Positions 32,063-41,502 of a stretch of DNA of 64,000 bases are shown in pieces. A model generated the notes under the pieces. The model was not told where the DNA came from and ran no database searches. It was given only the letters and a program-made list of their open reading frames with translations. Made by a program: the position numbers and the translations under genes. This DNA comes from Selaginella moellendorffii (Eukaryota; Plantae; Lycopodiophyta), in assembly GCF_000143415.4 (NCBI RefSeq), contig NW_003314297.1, forward strand, positions 62,001-126,000, read 5' to 3'. How positions within the stretch are numbered: position 1 is the first letter of the stretch; each line of letters opens with the position of its first letter.

Positions 32063-34246
32063 ATGGGTGACTTCCACAAGAGTGTCGAGCTTATCAAGTC
32101 CTGCAACGCACTGTCCGACGCACGAGATGTGGAGCGGTCCACTCGGCTCGTCTATTCGGATCCACTGCCCGCTTACCTCTCGAATCTCCTCATCCAAATG
32201 TACAGCCGGTGTGGAAGCATCCACCACGCGAAAGAGATCTTCGATGGCATCCAGGAGAAAGATCGCTACTCCTGGAACTTCATGCTCACAGCTTATGCCC
32301 GGCACAGCTACGTCAGGGACGCTGAACGGCTCTTTAATACCATGCAGTGGCGGGACCAGGTGGCGTGGACTTCCATGCTCACGGCATATGCCCAGACCGG
32401 GCATGTTGCCCAGGCCAAGGGTCTGTTTGACCAGATGCCGGACAGGGGATTGGTCGCGTGGACTGCCATGTTGACTGGATTTGCGCAGAACGGACACATT
32501 GACGGCGCAAAGGACATGTTTGACCGGATGCCGTACAGGGACATTGTGACGTGGAATGCCATGCTGGTGACGTATGCCCAGAACGGGCATGTGGACGCTG
32601 CAAGGGACGTCTTTGACTCCATGCCGTACAACGACCTGGCGTCGTGGAACGGGCTGCTGCAGGCGTACGCGAGGGTGGAGCGTACGGAGGAGTGCGACCG
32701 CGTGGTCAAATCAATGCCCATGGTCAACCTGATGACGTGGACGACGTTGCTGGCCGTGCATGCCCAGGCCGGGCATCTGGAGAGGGCCCAGGAGGTGTTT
32801 AATGGCATCCCGGAGTGGAATCTTATCTCCTGGACTGCGATAATGGCGGCATATTCCAGGCACGGTGAGCTAGAGCAGCTCAATCGGATGTTTCGCAAGG
32901 TTGACGAGAGAGAGAAGGACGTGGTTTTGTGGAACACCGTGTTTGTGGCTTACGCGCAGAATGGGAATTTGGAGATGGCCAGAGCGCTCTTTGATCAGAT
33001 GCCAAAACGTAACATTGTCTCGTGGACTGCGATGCTCTCGGCTTACATGCAGTGGGATTGCTTTGAGGAATCGAAGCTCCTGTTTGATCGGATGCCCGAG
33101 TGGAATCTTGTGGCACACAATGCAACGCTCGCGGCGTATGCGCAAATTGGTGACACGGCCTCGGTGAAGAGAATGTTCGATGCCTTGGCCGAGAGAGACT
33201 TGTTCTCGTGGACAGCTATAATATCGGCATATGCCCAGGCTGGGAATCTGGATGAATCTTTGCGACTGTTTTCTAGGATACAACAGTGTAATTTGGTTTT
33301 GTGTAATGCAATGCTTAGTGCGCATGCCTCAAATGGAGATTTGGAGGGGGCAAAAAGGTTTTTGTCACAAAACATGGCTGTGTGGGATGTTTTCTCGTGG
33401 AACACTATGCTCACTGGATATGCGCAAAGTGGACAAGTGGAGGAGGCCAAAGAAATATTTGACACGATGCCCGGCAGAGATTCTGTGACGTGGAATGCCA
33501 TGCTTGCGGCATATGCCCAGAATGGGTATCTCGAGGAGGCCAAGATTCTCTTTGATGGCATGTACGAGCAAAATCTTGTCTCTTGCATCTCCCTGCTGGA
33601 TGCATATTCCCAAAACCGGTATCTGGAGGATGCGAAGCGCATATTCTATGGTATACCGGATAAAAATCTGGTGACTTGGAACTCCATGCTAACTGCATAT
33701 GCCCAAAACGGTCATTTGGAGACGGCAAGTGTTGTTTTCAACCGGATGGTGATTAGAAATCTAGTGACCTGGAACACCATGCTAGCAATGTATGCCCACT
33801 GTGGACATTATCAACTTGTTCTGGATATTTTCAAGGAGATGATATCTCAAGGAATTAAACCTGACGAGAGCTCGTTTGTTTTGGTTTTGGTTGCTTGCAG
33901 CCACGGGGGTGATGCTCATGTGGGTATTAATTTTTTCAGATCTTTTATTGTTGATTATGGTACCTTGGATCCTTCAAAGGTTCTTTACGGTTGCATTGTG
34001 GATCTACTTGCACGGGGAGGGTATCTTGTTCACGCAGAAGACCTCATCTTGCATATGCCCTTTTTGCCAGACTCAAGGGATTGGAACTGCTTACTTAGCT
34101 CTTTTGCTAACTTTAACAGGCAGCTTAGTAAAAATCCCGAGAAATCTCTGTTTCCAGGTAGACAAAGATCTGGGCTTGATCTAGATCTGAAAAGTGCTGC
34201 CCCTTATGTTCTCTTGTCTAACATGTTTAAGGCTGTTAGGTTGTGA
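32063..34246 (+). CDS. PLS-class PPR protein D (SS repeats, E domain, no DYW)
   Basis: 727-aa intronless ORF ending YGCIVDLLARGG...MPFLPD...APYVLLSNMF. Confidence 0.92.
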   Translation: MGDFHKSVELIKSCNALSDARDVERSTRLVYSDPLPAYLSNLLIQMYSRCGSIHHAKEIFDGIQEKDRYSWNFMLTAYARHSYVRDAERLFNTMQWRDQVAWTSMLTAYAQTGHVAQAKGLFDQMPDRGLVAWTAMLTGFAQNGHIDGAKDMFDRMPYRDIVTWNAMLVTYAQNGHVDAARDVFDSMPYNDLASWNGLLQAYARVERTEECDRVVKSMPMVNLMTWTTLLAVHAQAGHLERAQEVFNGIPEWNLISWTAIMAAYSRHGELEQLNRMFRKVDEREKDVVLWNTVFVAYAQNGNLEMARALFDQMPKRNIVSWTAMLSAYMQWDCFEESKLLFDRMPEWNLVAHNATLAAYAQIGDTASVKRMFDALAERDLFSWTAIISAYAQAGNLDESLRLFSRIQQCNLVLCNAMLSAHASNGDLEGAKRFLSQNMAVWDVFSWNTMLTGYAQSGQVEEAKEIFDTMPGRDSVTWNAMLAAYAQNGYLEEAKILFDGMYEQNLVSCISLLDAYSQNRYLEDAKRIFYGIPDKNLVTWNSMLTAYAQNGHLETASVVFNRMVIRNLVTWNTMLAMYAHCGHYQLVLDIFKEMISQGIKPDESSFVLVLVACSHGGDAHVGINFFRSFIVDYGTLDPSKVLYGCIVDLLARGGYLVHAEDLILHMPFLPDSRDWNCLLSSFANFNRQLSKNPEKSLFPGRQRSGLDLDLKSAAPYVLLSNMFKAVRL

Positions 34247-34516
34247 CTATTTCCACCAGACCCCGCAAGAATCTATAAACAATATATTCAAAAGTGAAAT
34301 ACACTCGATATACAGAAAGATTAGTGTCAGGCCGCCATTACTATGCTTGTACATACATTTGACAGTATATAATGAGTAGAAAATGTGTTTCACATGCTGA
34401 GATATTCTAAGAATATGTCCATTTTTTTGTTTAACAATGGGAAAAAATTCCGCGATAAATGGAACGAAAAGCCAACACGCACGTTCCTTGACTTTCAATG
34501 TTCAAACTCAACCTAC

Positions 34517-34641
34517 GCTCCAGAAAACTACAAAAAAAAAAAAAAAAGAAGTGGGGGTTCAAGCAAGAAAATTTCTTTTGTGCTCCAGAAAACTACCAAA
34601 AAAAAAAAAAAAACATGTGGGTTCAAGCAAGAAAATTTCTT
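34517..34641. repeat. Tandem duplication of a ~63-bp unit containing a poly-A run
   Basis: GCTCCAGAAAACTAC(A)n...GGGTTCAAGCAAGAAAATTTCTT occurs twice. Confidence 0.85.
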
Positions 34642-34691
34642 CTGTTTTGTGTGTCACGGGAAAGGAATTCTCTACTCTTCTTTGGTGAGGC

Positions 34692-35520
34692 CTAGGAGAA
34701 GCACCAGCACCCAGAAAATCTTCGTCTTCCTGCCGGCGACCCGAGCCATCGATTCCAGGACGGCCTGGAATTGCTGCGGATGGAGATGGGGTTGTGAAAA
34801 ACAAAGAAAGTGAGAAGCTTACTGATTTGTGACGAAAGGATCTTCCCGGCCCCGGCTCTCAATGAACTCCGCGACTCTTGAGTTTAAAAAACAGTTCCAT
34901 TGTCAACGAAATTCGTAGAGATCTCTCGATGAATACGTACTCTTTGCAAGTGATGGAGACCCTGGGTGCCTGCTTGGCTTGGCTAATTTCCTCCTGACGT
35001 CCATGGAGGAGAAAAGTGAATCGAAAGTTCCAAGATCCACAAACGAGGAAGGAATGCAGCTAAGCTAGCCAGTCAACCAAGAACACACGAGGCATTGATG
35101 GAAAAAAAAATTAAAAAAAAACCAGGAGGGAGCGAGAGAGAGAGACTAAATCTTCATAGAAGTGGAGGATTTCAAATGCAAAGAGATCGAGAACTCCAGA
35201 GACGAAAAGATGAAAAGAACTTCACAGAGATCGATTTGAGGGAGAAGATCATCCATCCAAAGCCAAGGAAAGCTGAGAACACTTACATTCAAGGTAGCTG
35301 CCTGTTTCTCCAGCCTAAAGAGCTTTTGGAGGCGCCTCTTCTCCGAGTTGCGGCTGGTCCGTGGCGTGCGCGGCTCGGGCAGGGGCACCGCCACTCCGCT
35401 CCATCGGTTGAATGAGGGCAGCGGCGCCGGGACGTGGTGCCTGGCGCCGCTGCTCTCGCCCACCTCCCAACCCTTCCTCTCCCTGCTGCCCTTGCCGCCC
35501 CCGGGGACCGGGCGATCCAT
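34692..35520 (-). CDS. Heterotrimeric G-protein gamma subunit (exons 35520-35287, 34993-34941, 34876-34823, 34773-34692; ~140 aa)
   Basis: Spliced ...EKRRLQKLFRLEKQAATLN|EEISQAKQAPRVSITCKE|VAEFIESRGREDPFVTNH|NSRPSWNRWLGSPAGRRRFSGCWCFS*: coiled coil, S..CKE...F...DP motif and W.RW...C.C tail as in plant G-gamma. Confidence 0.8.
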
Positions 35521-35900
35521 CCAGCGCTGCGATGCCACAGCTTCCCGCTAGCTAATCCCTCTCCCCCGCTGCATTGCTGCCCCGGATTTCGATTTGGCGA
35601 GGGCGATGACGACCGACGAGGACGAGGACGAGGACGCGCTCGCCAGGCGCCGGGCACGAATCTAGGCAGCGCTGCTTCCAGGCATCCGGGAGGATCGCCG
35701 GGAATTCCCTGGAGCTGGAATTCAACTAAGACTGCGCCAAGGGGAGCCGCCGCCGGAGTGGAAGAGCCATTCTCTCAAAACTAAAACATGTGGTATATTC
35801 CCCGCCAACCGGAGGAATATACAGTCTGACATGCTGGCTTGGCAGAATATGCTGGGAACAGAATATGCTTGGACCGTTAGCGATATATTCTAATAAACCC

Positions 35901-38900
35901 ATGTGGGTATGGAGGACGGGCGCTCGCAGCATTGCCGCTCGGCATTACCGGCGATTCCTTTGCTCCGGTACGCAGGTCTTGGATCTCTCGCAGCTCGGTG
36001 CCGGTGCCACTGCGGGGGGGGAGGCACCGGCGCTGGATGTCTTCAAGATTCTAGGGCTCTTCCGGGACAAGAAGGAGCGGGAATGCGTGGATGCGGTGGG
36101 CATCGTCGCTGTTCTGCGCGATTCTTCCGACTGGCAGGGCAGGCTGGAGGAGATTTTCAGGCAGCAGCCGCTGAATTCGTCCCTGGTTGAGGATGTGGTG
36201 AGGAGCTGCGACGATCCGGACACGGCGGTGGGCTTCTTTCGATGGTCCGTGAGGCAGGATTCGTGCGTGAGCACGCTGCATTCTTACAATTGCATCATCC
36301 GCAAGCTCGTGGAGGCCGATCTGGTCGCCCAGGCGGAAGCGATCGTGGAGGAGATGAAGTATGCCGGTTTTTCTCCTGACGTCCAGTCCCACTGCCTCTT
36401 GATACGTGGTTTCTTCAAGAGTGGGAGTTTTCAGAGGGGGTGCTCGCAGCTGGATAGAATGCTCGAGGCTGGATTGTTTCCAAACGCGATTCTCTACAAC
36501 AATCTCATCAGCTGCCTCTGCAAGGCCGGGATGCTGGCCGAGGCGGAGAGCTACTTGAAAAGAATGCCGCAGCACTGCGCTCCCAACGTGGTCTCCTACA
36601 ACATCATCATCGATGGCTACTGCAAAGCTCGCAACATCGAGAAGGCCTTGGCGTTCCTGAGGGAGATGGAGGAGCTCGGGCATCCTCCGACTCCTCACGC
36701 GTACAGCAGCATCGTCCAGAGCTTTTGCAAGACGGGAAACGTGAGCAAGGCTATGGATGTTTTCGCCGAGATGCCAGCGAAAGGATGCGAGCCGGACATT
36801 GTCAACTTCAACGTGCTGCTGTCCGGGCTGTGGAGAGCGCGCAAGATTCACGAGGCGAGGGAGCTGTTTAGGAGCATGAACAGCCGAGGATGCAAACCGG
36901 ATGTTGTCACGTACAACACGATGATCGCGGGGCTTTGCAAGTGGAAGAAGCTTGACGAGGCCGTGTTCTTGCTGGAGAGGATGAAACAGGAGGACGTCTC
37001 GCCCACTTTCGTCACTTACACGACGCTGATCGACCACCTTTGCAAGTTTACGAGACTCCAGCAGGCATACGAGGTGTTTGAGAAGATGGCCGAAGGTCCT
37101 TGCGCTTGTACCGAGCCTGCATACAGTGTCCTGTTTAACAAGCTCCAGCGAGCAGGGAAGCTGGTGGAGGCCTCTCGGGTGTACAGCGATATGTGCCGGA
37201 AGAACGTTTGCATGACGGACAACACTTACAGCCTCGTTGTTCTAGGCTTGTCCAAGATGGATGGAGGAAATGTGGAAGCGGCGAAGCTCGTCACGGAGAT
37301 GATGGGCAAGAAGATCGCTGTACACCCGGTTGCTTTCAACGTCTTCCTCAACAAGCTGTGCATCGAAGGTGGGATCGACGAAGCTATCAGGCTGTTCAGA
37401 CAGATGTGTGGGACAGAGCTCTACAAGCCGGACTTTTACGCGTACAGCATACTTATCAACGGGCTTTGCAAGGCAAGGCGACCCGGAGAAGCCAAGGAAA
37501 TGTTTCAGGAGATGAGAGGCAGGGGGATTAGTCCGACAGTGGTGACTTACAACACTTTGCTCGAAGGACTGCTCAGCACTGCTAAATTGCAAGATGCAAT
37601 GGAGCTCACGTACTTCATGCTGGATCAAGGTGTAGCTCCGAGGATTGCTACACTCACCAAGCTGCTCTATGCTTTGGTGTGGAAGAAGCGGATGGACGAG
37701 GCACTTAAGCTCTACGAAGCAGTGACAAACGAAGGAGTTATGGTGGCGGAAGATGGAGAGAGTTTGGACTTGGTGGTCTTTCCTTACAGTCGTAAGAGTG
37801 GCGAAGGCCCCAGCGAGCTCTTCGACGCCACAGTTGCCAAAGGCCTCGTCCCGAGCACAGGCTCTTGCAACGTCATTCTCGACCGGATGATCAAGGAGCA
37901 CAGGTTTGAGGAAGCGAAAAAACTCTTCTCGGACATGAAGACAAAGAGGCTACCCGATACGTGCTCTTACAATCTCATGATCCGAGGCTTTTGCGCCAAC
38001 GGAGATACAAATGAAGCCTACTGCCTGTTCCAAGACATGATCAAAGATGGTATCGTTCTCAACACCTGGACTTACAACTTCATGATCGTCGGGTTCATCA
38101 AAGATGAGGCCTGGAGCTCCGCGTGGATGCTGTTCAAAAGGATGCAGTCCGGAAAGAATGACAAAGTTCCAGCTCCCAACATGTTCACGTACGAGATCCT
38201 CATCTCCAGCCTGTGCAAGACGGATCAGGTGGAAGAGGCCTTCAAGCTCCTGAGCGCGATGCGTGACAAAGGATTCGTCCCGAGCTTGAAGATCTGGGAG
38301 GTGCTACTCTCGCGGCTGGCCAGAGCCGGAAGACTGGACGACGCGTTCGAGCTCTACAAAGAGATGTCGAGGATAAACTGCCAGCAGCTTGTGGGATCGA
38401 GCAACATTCTCCTGGACGGGATCCTCCGGCGAGGCAGCGTGGACGAAGCCAAGGATTTCCTCAAGCAGATGACCGACACCGGCATCGTTCCAGACAAGTT
38501 CACGTATGACAAGCTGGTGGTGGGACTCTGCTGGCAAGGAAAGGCGGATCAAGCTCGAAAGCTGGTGGAAGAACTCGTGAGAGATGGGAAGCGGCCAGAG
38601 AACCAGGGACTCCGGCAGCTCCTGGGAGCCTTGTGTGCGCAGGGAGACTTCCAGGGAGCCTACGAGTTCTACTGCTGGCTGCCGAGCGTCGGCGTCGAAG
38701 TGACGCTGGGAATGCACAACACGCTGGTGACTTCGTGCTGCCTGGCCAGGAAGCTCGACTATCTCGACATGATCGAGCAGCGCGAGGGCGTTCCAGACGT
38801 GATCGTGGAGAGGATCGAGAAGTTTAGAGCCGAGCTCTTCCGGGAGGAGGAAGTGAAGATTTACGAGGAGACGCGTGACCGGAAGATCAGGAGGACGATG

Positions 38901-38969
38901 GCGTATAGCGAGCCGAGAAGACCAAAGATCGCGAGCTTTAGAGCTATGGATCTCCACTATGGTCAGTAA
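35901..38969 (+). CDS. Large P-class PPR protein (35-aa repeats), probably organelle-targeted
   Basis: Many PDVVTYNTMIAGLCK-type repeats. The frame is open from 35790; MWVWRTGARSIAARHYRRFLCS at 35901 looks like a mitochondrial presequence, so the start is uncertain. Confidence 0.9.
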   Translation: MWVWRTGARSIAARHYRRFLCSGTQVLDLSQLGAGATAGGEAPALDVFKILGLFRDKKERECVDAVGIVAVLRDSSDWQGRLEEIFRQQPLNSSLVEDVVRSCDDPDTAVGFFRWSVRQDSCVSTLHSYNCIIRKLVEADLVAQAEAIVEEMKYAGFSPDVQSHCLLIRGFFKSGSFQRGCSQLDRMLEAGLFPNAILYNNLISCLCKAGMLAEAESYLKRMPQHCAPNVVSYNIIIDGYCKARNIEKALAFLREMEELGHPPTPHAYSSIVQSFCKTGNVSKAMDVFAEMPAKGCEPDIVNFNVLLSGLWRARKIHEARELFRSMNSRGCKPDVVTYNTMIAGLCKWKKLDEAVFLLERMKQEDVSPTFVTYTTLIDHLCKFTRLQQAYEVFEKMAEGPCACTEPAYSVLFNKLQRAGKLVEASRVYSDMCRKNVCMTDNTYSLVVLGLSKMDGGNVEAAKLVTEMMGKKIAVHPVAFNVFLNKLCIEGGIDEAIRLFRQMCGTELYKPDFYAYSILINGLCKARRPGEAKEMFQEMRGRGISPTVVTYNTLLEGLLSTAKLQDAMELTYFMLDQGVAPRIATLTKLLYALVWKKRMDEALKLYEAVTNEGVMVAEDGESLDLVVFPYSRKSGEGPSELFDATVAKGLVPSTGSCNVILDRMIKEHRFEEAKKLFSDMKTKRLPDTCSYNLMIRGFCANGDTNEAYCLFQDMIKDGIVLNTWTYNFMIVGFIKDEAWSSAWMLFKRMQSGKNDKVPAPNMFTYEILISSLCKTDQVEEAFKLLSAMRDKGFVPSLKIWEVLLSRLARAGRLDDAFELYKEMSRINCQQLVGSSNILLDGILRRGSVDEAKDFLKQMTDTGIVPDKFTYDKLVVGLCWQGKADQARKLVEELVRDGKRPENQGLRQLLGALCAQGDFQGAYEFYCWLPSVGVEVTLGMHNTLVTSCCLARKLDYLDMIEQREGVPDVIVERIEKFRAELFREEEVKIYEETRDRKIRRTMAYSEPRRPKIASFRAMDLHYGQ

Positions 38970-39080
38970 AACTCTACTCGTAGCTCGCGAACTTTAGAAC
39001 TATGGATCTTCACTATGGTCAGTCAGTAAAACTCTACTCGTTGGAGCTCGCGAACTGAAGAGCTATGGATCTTCACTAGT
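38930..39080. repeat. ~2.5 tandem copies of a ~55-65-bp unit spanning the PPR stop codon
   Basis: CTATGGATCT(C/T)CACTA occurs three times and GTAAAACTCTACTCGT twice. Confidence 0.8.
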
Positions 39081-39147
39081 AATAAAGAAATGATGACATT
39101 TCGCCAAGGTTTTAGGGTTTAAGCGATAGATAGATGCCCGGGAAGGA

Positions 39148-41418
39148 ATGAGAATGGCATTCCTTTGCCGGCAGCTCTATCCCTCCGTGGCTGCGCTTAG
39201 ATCGCCTCTCGCGCGCAAGCCGCCACTGTGCCGGAGGCTGAGCGTCGCGAGCGGGCCGCTCCGGGCGGCGCAGAGGGGCGGGAATTCGTCGGCAGCGCTA
39301 GCGGATGAGGATAATCTCCTCGACAGGCTTCGATCGAGGCGGTCCAAGGAGGGATGGAGCGGCATTGCCCGGGAAGAAGAGGAAGGTAGGAGATGGAGGA
39401 GGGGCAAAGGCGAGAAGCTGGATTACGAGGATTCTCTGGCGGAGGTTTCTACGCAGTCGTTCGACGAGCTCGGGCTGGCGGAGGAGCTGCGCGGCGCCAT
39501 CGAGGAGCTGGATTTGAAGGAGCCGACCGAGGTCCAGAGAATGGCGATTCCAGCGATTCTAGACGGTGAGAATGTGGTGGTGGCGTCTCACACTGGCTCC
39601 GGAAAAACGCTCGCTTACATGCTACCGCTTGTCCAGGTTTATTTCATTCCTTGGTGTGCTTATCATTTTCTCACTTCTCTTCTTTCTTGTTGCGCAGAGC
39701 TTACGAAAGGATGAAATCGAGAGTGGAAGAACCGTGCGAGCTAGAAAGCCCCGAGCTCTTGTTCTTTGTCCGACCAGAGAGTTGACAGAACAGGTACTAA
39801 TTTTCTTTTATTCCAGAAGCTTGCAAAAACACTCTTTTTGGTTTGTAAACTTTGTCCAGGTTTTACAAGTCGCCAAGTCGTTAAGTCACCATGCTCGCTT
39901 TCGTTCTGCCATGATCAGTGGGGGATTTCGTCCCAGGCCCCAGGCTGACGCGCTCAATGGAGCTCTCGACATGGTAGTCGGGACTCCGGGGAGGCTGCTG
40001 ATGCATGTCGAAGAAGGGAACCTGGCGTTTGGAGATATCAAGTATGTGGTGAGGCAGCTAAGTTCTTTTGGTTTTCTTCTTTTGCGTAAACTCGGATTTT
40101 TTCCCCTCTTCTGTAGGTAATCGACGAGGCCGACACCATGTTTGATCGTGGATTTGGGCCTGAGCTGAAAAAGATAATCGATCCTCTTCGCAACCGTGCC
40201 TTGCGAAATGGCTCGGATTTTCAGACCATTCTTGTGACCGCGACGATTACAAAGGTGAACTGCAAACTCTCTCTCGCGTCCTTTTGGTCTAACTTTTGAC
40301 CTGTGTAGTCCGTGCAAAAGCTCCTTGATACTGAGTTCCCAGGCATTCGGCACATTTTCACGTCCACCCTACACAAAAAGGTCGATACGTCCCGGCATTT
40401 CTTCCAAAAAGTTCCTGGCAACATTAACAAGCTCGAGGCTTTGGTTCAAGTATGCTTTTAACTTCTTGAATGCTTCATTTGCACGACTTACGTGACACTT
40501 ATGTGACTTTCCAGGTTCTTGAGCCCGCGCTTGCCAAAGGAAGTCGTTGTATGGTCTTTTGCAGATCAGTTGATTCCTGCCGGGCTGTTGATCACTACCT
40601 GAATGAAATGGATGTCCATTGTGTAAATTATCATGGCGAGGTCCCTGCAGAAGATCGGTACGCATGTTTCTAAGTTCGTGATTGTTTTTAACTGCTTATT
40701 CTTTACTATCGCAGGATAAAGAACCTTGCAAAGTTTAAGATTGAAGATGGAGAGGGTCCAGTTCCTGCGCTAATCTGTACTGATTTGGCTGCTCGGGGCC
40801 TTGATCTTCAAGTCGACCATGTTATCAACTTTGATTTCCCTTCGACTTCGGTAAAGTTATCTATTTCGTTGAATGAAACTTTAGCTCATGAACTAAACTT
40901 GTTCCAGATTGATTACTTGCATCGGAGTGGACGGACTGCTCGCATGGGCTTAAAAGGTCTGTTTTTTTTTTTTTTTTTTTTTTTTCTTGATCGTAGAAAC
41001 TTACGAGTAACTTTCCTTTCTTTTTTTTCCAGGACGAGTGACCAGCCTTGTTACCAAGCGCGAGCTGGCTCTAGCAAATCGGCTCGAGGACGCAATGCGG
41101 CGAAACGAGACCTTAGAAGGCGTGTCTCTCGAAAGAGAACGAGTGCTGGGGGCCAGGATGCGAGCGCTAAAGTCCCGTTACAAAGAAGCTTTCGATCGAG
41201 CCGCGGCCAAGGGAGTGAACTTGGAGAAGGTTGGCACGCGAGCTCTGGCCATGGCCAAGGCCAAGGCGAGAAGGATCTGGGAGAAGGAATGCCGCAAGAA
41301 GTTTGCGTCCAAGGTGACCAAAACTGGGCTCTCCAAGACGAGAGGAAGAACCAAAGCTTTGATAAGAGCCGAGAGGAGGAGAAAATTCATGGCCAAAGAA
41401 GCGTCCTCTCCAGTTTAA
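39148..41418 (+). CDS. RH39: DEAD-box RNA helicase, RH39-like, organellar, multi-exon
   Basis: Q motif FDELGL...[54 protein letters not shown] and HRSGRTAR; transit-peptide-like N-terminus. Confidence 0.88.
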
Positions 41419-41502
41419 TCGATGATAGATATGTACCTTTAAAGAGCTTCCATGGTTTGAAAGCTATAGTATAGAACTTGGAAATTTTGTAGGGTTTTGA
41501 TT

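Noticed and set aside
36051-38957. Long antisense and alternative-frame ORFs over the PPR, VQ, dioxygenase and first genes
   Set aside because: Expected shadows of GC-rich coding sequence; no recognisable motifs.
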